The position numbers and the translations under genes were made by a program. Shown here in pieces: positions 9,056 to 19,391 of a DNA stretch of 64,000 bases (positions are counted from its first letter, which is position 1; each line of letters starts with the position of its first letter). The stretch is from positions 2,127 through 66,126 of the forward strand of contig MFIM01000005.1 of assembly GCA_001780725.1 (NCBI GenBank), written 5' to 3'. Origin of the DNA: Candidatus Giovannonibacteria bacterium RIFCSPLOWO2_02_FULL_45_28 (GTDB taxonomy: Bacteria > Patescibacteriota > Minisyncoccia > UBA11713 > 2-01-FULL-45-33). Below the pieces are notes generated by a model, which was not told the DNA's origin, made no database searches, and saw nothing but the letters and a program-made list of their open reading frames with translations.

Positions 9056-10186
9056 TTAAGCATTCTCCGGTATTTTAAATAAAGGGCTTTCCGCCAAAAA
9101 CTTTTTTGAATTTTCTTGTATCTGTTTTTCCATATATTCTCGGTCAAAATAGCCTACCCATTTTATTTTTGGCAGCAGCATCCCGCCGTAGCGTTCTTTG
9201 AAAATACCTATAGAAATTTCTTTAGCGGTTGGGATATAAAACGGCTGCGGGCCATAAAACCTCTCTCCTATTTCATAAAATTTAAAGCCGTTTTTTTTAT
9301 AAAAAAGCATGGCTTCCCACTCCAAAAGATGGCGCGGAGAATATTCTTTTTCGTATTTTTCAACGTTGGCTTGCGACCAACCGAAGGCCATGAGAAAAAA
9401 CTCACCGCAATACAAATAACTTATCGGCGTATCACGAAGAAATGCGATAAAAAGCGAAGCGTGACCAGCACGGATTCCGTCCAGCATGGCATCCCATGTT
9501 GCTTGCGGGCGAGTCTGGCGGCCAGCCGCCGCGAGATGCGCCCCCTGAAATTGCCGGAACTGTTCCGGCGTCTCCGCAAAATTATTTTTGGAATTAAATA
9601 CCCTGATTGCGATGCCCCTTTTCGCTCCCCTTTTTATGTGGCGGTAATGGTATTTCCCCAAATTATCTGCTAGCGCTTCTTCTGATAAAGAAAGGTCGGT
9701 TACCAAAGTGTTCTCCACATAGTAATGCAGGCCATAACGCAGCAAGCCAAACGAATTTTCGTTCGCCAAGCGGCCAGCTCCGGACATTGCCAAACTGTTT
9801 AACGGATGCCAGCCGAAGCTTATCTGCCGCGCATTATGCACATTTCCGTAAGATTGATAAATATCCAAAATCTTATCCAACGTATCACGATATGTGCCAG
9901 CCGAAATGTCGCATAAAGCAGGCGCTCCGCAGGGAGAATGCCCGAAAGAGATCGCGGCAATATTTTCTTTATCAAAAAAACTTAAAGCCATTGGACAAAC
10001 AGCAACCGGTTCTTTATTTTTATCCAACAAAACAAACGATGCATTTTCCCTAACCTCTGGAAATTGGCTAATATAATTTATCCAGTGCCAAGTATGGTAA
10101 TAGCTCGCCGACCCACCCACTTTTTGGACCCAGCCGTCCCAAACGGCGGGATCAACATCTTTATAATAAATAATTTTTGGCTCCAT
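9056..10186 (-). CDS. FemAB-like tandem GNAT protein
   Basis: Two-domain GNAT pattern with DLS...R.IKR, HLLEWEAM and FKERYGG. Confidence 0.6.
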   Translation of the reverse strand: MEPKIIYYKDVDPAVWDGWVQKVGGSASYYHTWHWINYISQFPEVRENASFVLLDKNKEPVAVCPMALSFFDKENIAAISFGHSPCGAPALCDISAGTYRDTLDKILDIYQSYGNVHNARQISFGWHPLNSLAMSGAGRLANENSFGLLRYGLHYYVENTLVTDLSLSEEALADNLGKYHYRHIKRGAKRGIAIRVFNSKNNFAETPEQFRQFQGAHLAAAGRQTRPQATWDAMLDGIRAGHASLFIAFLRDTPISYLYCGEFFLMAFGWSQANVEKYEKEYSPRHLLEWEAMLFYKKNGFKFYEIGERFYGPQPFYIPTAKEISIGIFKERYGGMLLPKIKWVGYFDREYMEKQIQENSKKFLAESPLFKIPENA

Positions 10187-10187
10187 A

Positions 10188-11648
10188 TTATCCAGCGTTT
10201 AATTTCTTTAATTCGGCCTCAATAGCCCCGGCGATATTCTCCGAGTTTTGCCGCACGCTTATTTTGGAAAGAGAAGTCCGCTGTATGTAAGGATGAAAAT
10301 ACGCTTGAAGACTTACCCTGTCCAGGCACGTCAAAAAATTAATGATTTTTTCTTGGGATACTTTAAATCCGTTTTTAATTTTTTCCAGCGCCTCCCGGCA
10401 AGATGCCGCGTCTTTAATTTTAAATACGCCTTCCGAATGCTGGTACCATGGGTAGCCAAAAATCAAAGCCGGCTTTCCGCGTAAAATCGCCTCCCAGCCA
10501 ACCGTACCGGCCCCTGTAGCCACCGCTTGCGAATGGCGGATTAATTGGAAAGAATCCGTTTCTATCGGCACAAGTCTTACATTCTTTAATTTGGCGATCT
10601 CCCTGTAATATCCTTTATATCTGCAATCATAATAATTAAGCCCACGCCGCAGCCAGACAATACGGTGCTCTTTTACATAAACCAACCAGCCTTCCGGAAG
10701 AACGGAAGCTAAAGTTTCAACCATCAAAATCTGGTCGGAAAAAACTCCGGCCTGCGGGCAAGTCTGCGCCTCCGGCTGGTATTGCAAAGTAACGTAAACA
10801 TATTTTTTACCGAAATCCGGCGCTGATTGGACGGAAAGGTGCTCTTTTTTAAGGTTGGGCCCGAACTGCCTTGGCAAGTAAGTAAGCGCTTTCCACAATA
10901 CGGAAATCTCCTTAAGCACGGTGAGCGTCGTCCACAAAGAACGGAGCTTTATTAAAAACTGGCTCAAACCTCTATATCTCACGAGATCCTCTTTTAGATA
11001 AAGCGGACTTTTGTCTCCGCCGTTTTCAGTTTGGCTTTTATAATGCGCTCTTGTGTCCGGATTTAAATCCGCCAAAGAAAATCGGCTGTACGCGTTTTCT
11101 TTGATTTGTTTTATCAGATCCGCCGAACCAGCCTTATAATCGTTCATCACTATCACCCAGCCGTTAGCGATCAAAATGTCTTCAAATATTATTATTTTAA
11201 TTCCTAGTTTCCTTGCCAGATCGTATATGACAAAATCGTACACCGTGTGCGGTATAGACGAATAAATAATCGCGTCCGGCTTTAATTTTTTAATCACGCC
11301 GTACCAATACTGGAGAAAATGATGATAAAAATGCTTACGCTGTTCAATCGGGCTCCATTCAAACTTTTTGTGCATCATAGTCAGAATTACAGATTCCGTT
11401 TCATAAAATTGTTTTAAAAGATCTTCGCCAGGCGGCAAAAAATCTAATGTATCTATGCCGTCAGCCGGCTTGCCCGCAAGCGCATCAAAAACATTATGGA
11501 AAACAGTTTTCGGAAATTTAGACTTATCAATACTTTCATCGCGAAAATAAGTCCAATAGACTATTTCGTGCGAGTTTTCTTTTAGTTTGAGGGCGGCATC
11601 TATCAAACCGAGCTCTTTCCCGTCCCAGCTTATTAAAAATAATTTCAT
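10188..11648 (-). CDS. KpsS/Capsule_synth-like putative nonulosonate (sialyl/Kdo) transferase
   Basis: LQYQPE, VKEH and GTVGWEA...GKP motifs. Confidence 0.65.
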   Translation of the reverse strand: MKLFLISWDGKELGLIDAALKLKENSHEIVYWTYFRDESIDKSKFPKTVFHNVFDALAGKPADGIDTLDFLPPGEDLLKQFYETESVILTMMHKKFEWSPIEQRKHFYHHFLQYWYGVIKKLKPDAIIYSSIPHTVYDFVIYDLARKLGIKIIIFEDILIANGWVIVMNDYKAGSADLIKQIKENAYSRFSLADLNPDTRAHYKSQTENGGDKSPLYLKEDLVRYRGLSQFLIKLRSLWTTLTVLKEISVLWKALTYLPRQFGPNLKKEHLSVQSAPDFGKKYVYVTLQYQPEAQTCPQAGVFSDQILMVETLASVLPEGWLVYVKEHRIVWLRRGLNYYDCRYKGYYREIAKLKNVRLVPIETDSFQLIRHSQAVATGAGTVGWEAILRGKPALIFGYPWYQHSEGVFKIKDAASCREALEKIKNGFKVSQEKIINFLTCLDRVSLQAYFHPYIQRTSLSKISVRQNSENIAGAIEAELKKLNAG

Positions 11649-11652
11649 CCCG

Positions 11653-13434
11653 TTAAGTTCTTAAATTATAAACTTTAAAGAAATAAGAATCTTTGTCTTT
11701 TAGCAACTCCTTCGGCGCGCCCTCTTCAATAATTTTTCCGCCATCAAGAACCAACAGCCTGTCCGCAACCATAACCGTAGAAAGCCTGTGAGCGACAGCG
11801 AGAACCGTAACTCCCCCTTTCAAGCTTTCAATGGCTTTTTGGATGAGCGATTCCGATTCGTTATCTAAAGCGCTGGTAGCTTCGTCCAAAATCAAAACTT
11901 GCGGGCGCCTCGCAAGAACTCGCGCCAAAATAATTCTCTGCCTCTGGCCGCCCGATAGCAAAATACCGCGCTCGCCGACGGCCGTGTCAAATTTATTCGG
12001 CAAAGATTCCACAAAATCGTAGATGTTAGCCACCTTCGCGGCCTGCGTTATATCCTCGTCGGACACCGTGTCGCCGTAAAACTTTATATTGTTTTTAATA
12101 GTATCATTTAAAAGAAAAATATCCTGCGACACATATCCTATATTTTTCCGCCAATCCTCAATGCGGATATTTGAGGCATTTTCGCCGTCCAAGAAAATCT
12201 GCCCCTCCCGCGAGACATAAAGCCGCAAAATTAAATCAACGATTGTCGTTTTCCCGGCGCCGGATGGTCCGATTAACCCAACCATCTCGCCCTTTTTTAT
12301 TATAAAACTTACGTCATTAATGACTCCGCCGGCATTATCGTAAGCAAAACTTACATTTTTAAATTCTAGGCGATTATTGAATCCAAAATTTTTGATTCCG
12401 CCGTCTTTTTCTTTGCGTTTCATCATGCCGTTCCTGTAATTGTACACGCTGGCCAAATAAGGCGCCGATGAATAAATGGCTTGCGCGCTGGATTGCGCTA
12501 TCTGGATATAAGCCACTACTTTATTTATCGCATAAACGACTACCGCGAAAGAGGCAAAATTAAACGCAGTCGTTTTGTAAAAAAAAGCAAATATGCCGAC
12601 AACAAAAATCGCGCCCATCGGCTGCAGAAGCGCGGATGTGGCATTTCTTAATATATCAATTTTCATGTTCAAATCTTTCAACTTATCAAAATATTTCCTG
12701 CCTTTTTCTATAATACGCGCCCCAACCATAGCGGCCTTTACCGTTTTCATGCCGATTATGTTTTCGTTGACGAAGTGCGCCAGCTCTTTATACAATTTTG
12801 CGGTTTCTTCGGATATGCTTGCGTTTTTGCGAAACAGGGGTTTCAAAATAAAAAGCACGGCCGCCCCCAACAAAAGCGTGAGCGTGGCTATAATTGGCGA
12901 GATGTTGACCACAAGCAAACTGTACACCGCCAAATTGGCCACGACCAAAATTGAGTCGCTGATATAAGCAAGAAGCTTGGAGCTGTGGTTAATATCCGTA
13001 GTTAAAACCTGATCAAGGTGGCCAATTTTCTGCCGCGAGAGATATGGCCAGTCGGCTTTCAACGTCAACGCAAAAAGCTCGCTTCTGGTTTTAGTTGCGT
13101 ACATATAAGTAATTTTGGTTATAACAAAGTTCGCGAAAAACAAAACAACGGCCTTAATCAAAAACAGCACAATAATAAAGACCAGCAAAGAAGCGAGAGT
13201 ATAACTCAAATTGAAATAAGCAAAAAAGTTCTCTATCGTTTTTGAAATTATATCGGTCCCTTTGACCGCGTCGCGGCTTACAAAAGCAAACAGGGGAATT
13301 ATTGCGTTAATGCCGACGCCCTCCAAAATGCCGCTTACAAAACTCAAAATGGCCAATATAATTATCTGAAATTTATACCGGCCGAATTCTTTCCTGAAAA
13401 GACACAGCAAATCTCTTACGCTTGTTCCGTCCAT
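11653..13434 (-). CDS. ABC exporter, PglK/MsbA-like lipid-linked glycan flippase
   Basis: N-terminal TM domain, then GPSGAGKT, LSGGQRQR, LDEATSALD and AHRL. Confidence 0.88.
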   Translation of the reverse strand: MDGTSVRDLLCLFRKEFGRYKFQIIILAILSFVSGILEGVGINAIIPLFAFVSRDAVKGTDIISKTIENFFAYFNLSYTLASLLVFIIVLFLIKAVVLFFANFVITKITYMYATKTRSELFALTLKADWPYLSRQKIGHLDQVLTTDINHSSKLLAYISDSILVVANLAVYSLLVVNISPIIATLTLLLGAAVLFILKPLFRKNASISEETAKLYKELAHFVNENIIGMKTVKAAMVGARIIEKGRKYFDKLKDLNMKIDILRNATSALLQPMGAIFVVGIFAFFYKTTAFNFASFAVVVYAINKVVAYIQIAQSSAQAIYSSAPYLASVYNYRNGMMKRKEKDGGIKNFGFNNRLEFKNVSFAYDNAGGVINDVSFIIKKGEMVGLIGPSGAGKTTIVDLILRLYVSREGQIFLDGENASNIRIEDWRKNIGYVSQDIFLLNDTIKNNIKFYGDTVSDEDITQAAKVANIYDFVESLPNKFDTAVGERGILLSGGQRQRIILARVLARRPQVLILDEATSALDNESESLIQKAIESLKGGVTVLAVAHRLSTVMVADRLLVLDGGKIIEEGAPKELLKDKDSYFFKVYNLRT

Positions 13435-14360
13435 GATTCTGGGATATGACCGCTTGCTATTGTGCGCGCGATGCCTTCGTCTAAAGTTATTTTTGGTTCG
13501 TAGCCAAGTATCCGTCTGGCCTTTGAGATGTCCGGAATCCTGTTTATGATTTCACGCGCGTTTTTGCGGTCCGCGTGCTCTTCTTTTACAAATTCTACTC
13601 CGAGATTATTTTTACCTGCCGAAGCCGTAACCTTATTTGCCAAATCCAGCATGCTGGTAGCCGCTCGGTCATTGCCGATATTAAACACGTGTCCATTTGC
13701 TTCTTTGCTGGTCAAAGCTAAATACACGCCCTCCACAGCATCGTCAACATAGCAAAACGATCTCACCTGTTTTCCGTCTCCGTTGATTATAGGCGGCGTT
13801 CCAATCATCGCAGCGCGGATAAATTTGGGAAGCACAAATTCCGCAACCTGTCCCGGCCCGTAAACATTAAAAAATCGGACAATGGAATAATCCAGCCCGT
13901 GCGTCTGATGATAAGCTTTTACGTATTCTTCTCCGGCCAATTTGGAAACTGCATATACTGATTTAGGAAAAGTTTTATCGTCTTCACTTATGGGAGTTTT
14001 CGCGGGTTCGCCATAAACCTCGGAGGATGAGGAAAGAACTATTTTTTTAATTCCCGCCTTAACCGCGGCGTCCAAAACATTGATTGTCCCAAGCGTGTTT
14101 ACGTTGAGGCATTTTAACCGCTGGTTTTCCGTGCGCGCGACGCCCAACACCGCTGCCAAATGCACAACGTAATCGCAGCCTTTCATTGCCTTATAAAGCT
14201 CGTCTGGAAACATTATTGTGCCAACAATGTGCTCTCCAACCGTTTTCGGCGGCTGAAAAAGGTCAAAAGTTTTTACTTCCAAACCCTTGGACGCAAAATA
14301 CTTGGCCATAGTGTGCCCAATAAATCCAGCGCCTCCGGTAATTAAAACTTTTTTGCTCAT
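13416..14360 (-). CDS. NAD-dependent epimerase/dehydratase
   Basis: TGGAGFIG, SSSEVYG, YAVSK and RFFNVYGP motifs. Confidence 0.9.
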   Translation of the reverse strand: MSKKVLITGGAGFIGHTMAKYFASKGLEVKTFDLFQPPKTVGEHIVGTIMFPDELYKAMKGCDYVVHLAAVLGVARTENQRLKCLNVNTLGTINVLDAAVKAGIKKIVLSSSSEVYGEPAKTPISEDDKTFPKSVYAVSKLAGEEYVKAYHQTHGLDYSIVRFFNVYGPGQVAEFVLPKFIRAAMIGTPPIINGDGKQVRSFCYVDDAVEGVYLALTSKEANGHVFNIGNDRAATSMLDLANKVTASAGKNNLGVEFVKEEHADRKNAREIINRIPDISKARRILGYEPKITLDEGIARTIASGHIPESWTEQA

Positions 14361-15508
14361 GTTTTATATTTTTTTACTATTTCTTGTATTGATGAAATGA
14401 CGTAATTCACTTCTTTGTTTTTCAAACCCGGGTAAATCGGGAGCGACAGCGCGTTTTTCTCAAAAGCAATTGAATTTGGAAACTCATTGTCATTATAACG
14501 CCCCATGCCTTTAAATACATTTTGCTTATGCAGGCATGGATAATATAATCTCGCCTGGACGCCTCTTAAGCCAAGCTCATCAATAAATTTATCCCTATCA
14601 ATAGATAAAGCTCCAGGAATCAGCATTATTGTGTAAAGCTGAAAATTAATATCTTTTCTGGTTCTTTCGTACGGAGTAACTATACAGCCAAGTTTATTGA
14701 GCTCTTTTGTGTAACGATGAGCAATGGACATTCTCATTGCCACAGCTCTCTCCAGCTTCGCAAGCTGAACAAGGCCTATCGCCCCCATCGTTTCCGGCAT
14801 CCGGAAATGAAAACCGAATTCGTGCCACTGAAATTTGTTTATGTCATAAAAATTTCTGATTAGTTTGCATTTTTTTGCCAATTCCGCATTGTTGGTTGTA
14901 ATCATTCCCCCCTCGCCCGTAGTCATCGGCTTTGAGGGAGTAAAACTAAAAATGCCGATATCGCCTATTCCGCCCACTTTCCTGCCATTATACTCCGCCA
15001 AATGAGCTTCCGCCGCGTCTTCTACGACAAACAGTTTGTGTTTTCTTGCGATTTTTAATATCGGATCCAAATCGCATGACTGCCCGGCATAGTGAACCGG
15101 AATAATAGCTTTGAGTTTTTTCCGCCTGCTGGCGGGCAGGTTTGCAATTCTTTTGACAATGGCTTCTGGGTCAATACCGTAAGTTTTCATCTCAATATCC
15201 GCAAATACCGGCCTCGCTCCAAGATATAAAGAAGAAGAAGCCGTGGAAATAAATGTCATATTAGGAACAATGACCTCGTCTCCGCGCCCGATACCCAAAG
15301 CCTGCTGGACCACAAGCAAAGCCGATGATCCGCTGTTTACCGCAATGGCGTATTTAACGCCGATTTTTTTGGCGAATTCCCGTTCAAATTTCTCCACTAA
15401 AGGACCGGATATCAAATAGCCGGATTTCACTACGCGGTAAGCCGCTTCTGGCTCTCTCCGGTCAAACCACGGCTTGGCCAAATTAATCTTAATTTTTTTC
15501 TTTGCCAT
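14357..15508 (-). CDS. DegT/DnrJ/EryC1/StrS aminotransferase
   Basis: EDAAEAH and FSFTPSKPMTTGEGG motifs. Probable start is MAKKK at 15508, since the longer track ORF overlaps the next gene. Confidence 0.88.
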   Translation of the reverse strand: MAKKKIKINLAKPWFDRREPEAAYRVVKSGYLISGPLVEKFEREFAKKIGVKYAIAVNSGSSALLVVQQALGIGRGDEVIVPNMTFISTASSSLYLGARPVFADIEMKTYGIDPEAIVKRIANLPASRRKKLKAIIPVHYAGQSCDLDPILKIARKHKLFVVEDAAEAHLAEYNGRKVGGIGDIGIFSFTPSKPMTTGEGGMITTNNAELAKKCKLIRNFYDINKFQWHEFGFHFRMPETMGAIGLVQLAKLERAVAMRMSIAHRYTKELNKLGCIVTPYERTRKDINFQLYTIMLIPGALSIDRDKFIDELGLRGVQARLYYPCLHKQNVFKGMGRYNDNEFPNSIAFEKNALSLPIYPGLKNKEVNYVISSIQEIVKKYKT

Positions 15509-15542
15509 TTGTATATAAATAACTAATCCAAACGCCGTAGTG

Positions 15543-16607
15543 TTACTTGCCATATTCGGGAAAAAACTCTGCGGATTCGTAAGCCAATTCGCTTTCTTTT
15601 TTTCCGGCAAGCGCGCAAAGCTCTTTATATTTCGGCAAATTATGGATTTTTTTATACATATAAAAATCCCTTGTTTTTTGGGAAAATGATTTTTTAAATT
15701 CAAAAAGCTTGTCGTCTTCGGCGCCGGATCGCCCGCCGCCCAAATCGTAATATTTATAACCCACCGTTTTCGACCAAACCACAATTTCGTCCACCACAAA
15801 ATCGTTTGGCCTCAAGTCAAGAAGGGCTGGATCCGATGCACGCAAATAATCGTAAAGCGTTTCGCCGCATCCCAAAACCACCGAGGAGGCGGCTAATTTA
15901 CCATCAAAGTAAACGTTAAATAACTCCGCGCCGTCCCGCAAACTTTCAAACATATCCAAAAAAAACTTTTGATTAAAATAATAAAACGGTCTTGTTTCTT
16001 TTCTGTGCTTAAGCGAAGCCGTGTAAAGATTAAAAAACTTTTTAATGCCGTCTTCATCTTTTTGGCGCACAACCTTGAGTCCGCTACGGTGTGCTTTATT
16101 TATATTTTTTCTTGCTTTATATAAATATTCTTTGCGTACGGATTCCAAATCCTGATTTAAATCTATGTATACAATTTTTCTATTAAACGGCGTTTGAGCA
16201 TCGCTTTCATAAAACTTGTGGTTTTCAAGCATTGGATTAAGCCTTTGAAATTCGCTTACGATATTATTTTCTAAACAATATTTATTAAGCTCCGGCAAAA
16301 AGTTATTTATATGAATTCGGGCCGTCTCTATATTTTTAAAATTATATATCGGCCCGCCGTAATACCACGAAGAAACCATGTCTTTATACGGAGCCGCGAA
16401 CGGTAAAGTCCTTTCAAAAATCGGCAGGAGGATTTTGCAGGCGCCGCTATCGTAATAAAAATATATCGCCCGCTCTCCGGTGTAATTTTGAAAGAGCCGC
16501 AAATAACGCGGGTCGGAATATATGTCCGCCTTCGGGAACCACGCGAGTATTTTTTTTATCTCGGCCTCGTCCTCCAGTGTTAGTGTTTTTAAACTATATT
16601 GGACCAT
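15543..16607 (-). CDS. FemAB-like GNAT family protein
   Basis: YYGGP, IDL...ARKNINKA and DLGGG...LFEFKKSF motifs. Confidence 0.7.
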   Translation of the reverse strand: MVQYSLKTLTLEDEAEIKKILAWFPKADIYSDPRYLRLFQNYTGERAIYFYYDSGACKILLPIFERTLPFAAPYKDMVSSWYYGGPIYNFKNIETARIHINNFLPELNKYCLENNIVSEFQRLNPMLENHKFYESDAQTPFNRKIVYIDLNQDLESVRKEYLYKARKNINKAHRSGLKVVRQKDEDGIKKFFNLYTASLKHRKETRPFYYFNQKFFLDMFESLRDGAELFNVYFDGKLAASSVVLGCGETLYDYLRASDPALLDLRPNDFVVDEIVVWSKTVGYKYYDLGGGRSGAEDDKLFEFKKSFSQKTRDFYMYKKIHNLPKYKELCALAGKKESELAYESAEFFPEYGK

Positions 16608-17716
16608 TTGCCTAGAATTTTTATTATTTTGTCATCTGCATTTTTTTGGGCGTAAGGATTATGAATACGCGTTATCTTCCGCCTGAATTTGGCGGACATG
16701 ACTCGCCTGAACGCCGAGATAATGCTGGCTTTATTATGGCCTGCATCAATAATATTGGCGACGCGTTCCCGGCCTTCCTGCCTTAAACCAATATTTACCG
16801 CCGGCAAACCAAAAGATGGCGCTTCAAAAAGCGCGCTGCTTGAATTGCCGACCATCGTGCTTGCCAAACTCATAAGACCTAGAAAATCTCTACGCGGAAT
16901 ACTTTTAAAAACGCGGAGATACGATAATTTTTGATATTTTTTTATAACCGCGATGATTTGTTTGCTGCCGGAATCGGAATTGGGATATATAAGCACGGAT
17001 TGCATCTGCAATTTTTTTAAAGCCTCCATAGTTTGGCGCATCTGCTCTCCGGCGCGGTCGGGCTCCGTGGTAACCGGGTGCTGTACAACCAGCAAAACAG
17101 GACGGCTTAAATCAAGTTTATACTTTTTGGCAATCGCCAGTTTATCTTCTTTGCTGAAACTATGCTTCTCTGACATTCCGGGGTTACCGACCGCGAACAC
17201 GAATTTTTTATTTTCGCCCATGCGGACGAGATTTTTGGCGCTTTTTTTACTTTCTGCAAAATGCAAAGTGGAAAACTTGGTAATGGCGTGCCGCACCCGT
17301 TCATCTATTGTCGCTCCGGTAGTCATATCTCCGCCAGATATATGCGCCACGGGAATGTTAAGATGTGAGGCCGCGATTGCCGCGGCAAGCAATTCTCCGC
17401 GGTCTCCGGTTACCATCACCAAATCCGGCCGTTCACGTAAAAACGCGCCGGTGATGCCGAGGATTCCGTAGCCGACAGATTTGGCCATGCCGGCAAGACT
17501 GCTGTCTTCAACATGCATATTCACTTTAGCCGCAATCCGGAACTTGTCCTTTTTTATATCCTCCAATGTAAAACCGTGTTTTTTGCTAAAATGCATTCCG
17601 GTCACAATTAAAGACAAATTAAATTTTCCGGAAGCCCGCATCTTAAGTAGCAATTCCTTCATTACTCCGTACTCTGCTCGCGACCCGGTAACATAAATTA
17701 TTTTTTTCGTTTTCAT
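16589..17716 (-). CDS. neuC: Hydrolysing UDP-GlcNAc 2-epimerase (NeuC/LegG)
   Basis: TGSRAEYG, GDRGE, HPVT, GNSSS and RQEGRE motifs. Confidence 0.9.
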   Translation of the reverse strand: MKTKKIIYVTGSRAEYGVMKELLLKMRASGKFNLSLIVTGMHFSKKHGFTLEDIKKDKFRIAAKVNMHVEDSSLAGMAKSVGYGILGITGAFLRERPDLVMVTGDRGELLAAAIAASHLNIPVAHISGGDMTTGATIDERVRHAITKFSTLHFAESKKSAKNLVRMGENKKFVFAVGNPGMSEKHSFSKEDKLAIAKKYKLDLSRPVLLVVQHPVTTEPDRAGEQMRQTMEALKKLQMQSVLIYPNSDSGSKQIIAVIKKYQKLSYLRVFKSIPRRDFLGLMSLASTMVGNSSSALFEAPSFGLPAVNIGLRQEGRERVANIIDAGHNKASIISAFRRVMSAKFRRKITRIHNPYAQKNADDKIIKILGKWSNIV

Positions 17717-18795
17717 GATAAAAGATTTTCTGTGATAAATTCATCTTTGGCAATATCGGCGGCGGCGAGCTTTCCGACGACTTGTTTATAAACTCGCGGC
17801 GGAAGACCCAAAGCCGGACGCTTATAAGCCAGCATGCCCGCATCAATCGTCTCTCTATTTTTAATGTCACGCCTTGCAACAATTCCCTTGCGAGTTGCTT
17901 TCCTCGTCTCAAGTTCCATCTTTGTGGGTTTCTTTTCAGGGTCGCCGAGCATAATGCGGGCATGTTCCGCTTGGCGGATAGCTTCTACCATTGCTTTGAG
18001 CTCACCCGGCAAAAGCGACATTCTGTGGTCGGGTCCGGGAAGAGTTTTGTCCAAAGTAAAATGTTTCTCTATCAAAACCGCTCCTAAAAGCACCGCCAAA
18101 GACGCGGCCTCTACCCCTTCGCTGTGGTCCGAAAATCCGACAAGGCACCCTAATTCGTTTTTAAGCGTGCTCATCGCGTTCAGGTTTAAATCTTCCGGCG
18201 GCGTCGGATAGCTTGAAGTGCAATGCAAAAGAATTACATCTTTATTGCCCAAAGCGCTGACTGTATCCAGCGCCTCTTTCACTTCCGCCAAATCCGCCAT
18301 GCCGGTTGAGATAATCATGGGCCTCCCAAACGCGGCGATCTTCTCCAGCATCGGAATCGTAACTAAATCATTGGAAGCGATCTTAAACGCCGGCACATCA
18401 AGCTTCATAAGTAAATCTGCGCTAACCTCCTCCGACGGAGTTGAAATAAATATTATGTTTTTCTTTTTGCAATAATCCATCAAAACGCGGTGCTCTTCCT
18501 CGCCGAACTCCATTTTTTTTATCATATCTATGTACGATTCGCTGTCTCCCGTTTCGTCCTTTTGATAATCCACCTTATACGCCTTTTCCGTATTTTCTTC
18601 CTCGGCCTTAAAAGTTTGGAACTTCACCGCATCAGCCCCCGCGTCTTTGGCGGCGTCAATAAGTTTTTTGGCCAGTTTCATACTGCCGTTGTGATTCAAG
18701 CCCGCTTCTGCAACAATAAAAACCGGCCCGCAATCTTTCAGCGTTTTGGAACCAATACGAATCTGTTTTGCGAAATTGTGTTTGTTTTTAATCAT
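17713..18795 (-). CDS. neuB: Nonulosonic acid synthase (NeuB/LegI family) with C-terminal SAF domain
   Basis: AEAGLNHNG, AVKFQT, KIAS, GFSDH and EKHFTLD motifs. Start chosen at the ATGA overlap. Confidence 0.92.
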   Translation of the reverse strand: MIKNKHNFAKQIRIGSKTLKDCGPVFIVAEAGLNHNGSMKLAKKLIDAAKDAGADAVKFQTFKAEEENTEKAYKVDYQKDETGDSESYIDMIKKMEFGEEEHRVLMDYCKKKNIIFISTPSEEVSADLLMKLDVPAFKIASNDLVTIPMLEKIAAFGRPMIISTGMADLAEVKEALDTVSALGNKDVILLHCTSSYPTPPEDLNLNAMSTLKNELGCLVGFSDHSEGVEAASLAVLLGAVLIEKHFTLDKTLPGPDHRMSLLPGELKAMVEAIRQAEHARIMLGDPEKKPTKMELETRKATRKGIVARRDIKNRETIDAGMLAYKRPALGLPPRVYKQVVGKLAAADIAKDEFITENLLS

Positions 18796-19391
18796 TTTGT
18801 CGCCTCTACGCACCATAATTTTGTAATAGCTCGCCGGTTGTCCATCGTCCTTTTTGAATAATCAACTTTTAAGTCCCTGAACGGCAAAAAGAGTTGTTTT
18901 ATTTCCGCAAGTTTAAAAAAGTGTTCCATCAAGATCCAATGCATATTTTTTTCTTCCGCTATCATCGTACCGAAAAATTTTCCTCCCGGTTTTAACACCC
19001 GATAAACCTCGCCCATTATTTTTTTGATATTTTGATACGAGTTACTCTGAATGCTCGCTATATCCGTAACAGAGTCAAAATAATTATCGGGCCAGTCCAA
19101 TTTAACAATATCGCCAATTTTAAAATCGGCTTTAAGTTTTTCTGCCTTAAATCTTCGCCGCGCGATTTTAATCGCAGTTTTGGATCCGTCAATTCCGACA
19201 ACTGAAAATCCTTCGCGGGCCATATACCAAGTTGCGGCACCAGTGCCACAACCCAAGTCCAAAATTTTAATTTTGCTTCGGTCCGGCGCCGCGTAATAAT
19301 TTCGCGCCACAAAACGCACCAGCACCTCTGGCGGATATTTGCCCCACTCTTTGGAGCTGAAAACTTTTTCCCAAGTTTTATCCCAACTCAT
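18792..19391 (-). CDS. Class I SAM-dependent methyltransferase
   Basis: LDLGCGTG and LKPGG motifs. Confidence 0.85.
   Translation of the reverse strand: MSWDKTWEKVFSSKEWGKYPPEVLVRFVARNYYAAPDRSKIKILDLGCGTGAATWYMAREGFSVVGIDGSKTAIKIARRRFKAEKLKADFKIGDIVKLDWPDNYFDSVTDIASIQSNSYQNIKKIMGEVYRVLKPGGKFFGTMIAEEKNMHWILMEHFFKLAEIKQLFLPFRDLKVDYSKRTMDNRRAITKLWCVEATK

Noticed and set aside
15509-15799. N-terminal extensions in track ORFs 14357-15799, 23610-25313 and 40334-41497
   Set aside because: The extensions overlap neighbouring real genes, and family homology begins at a downstream ATG.
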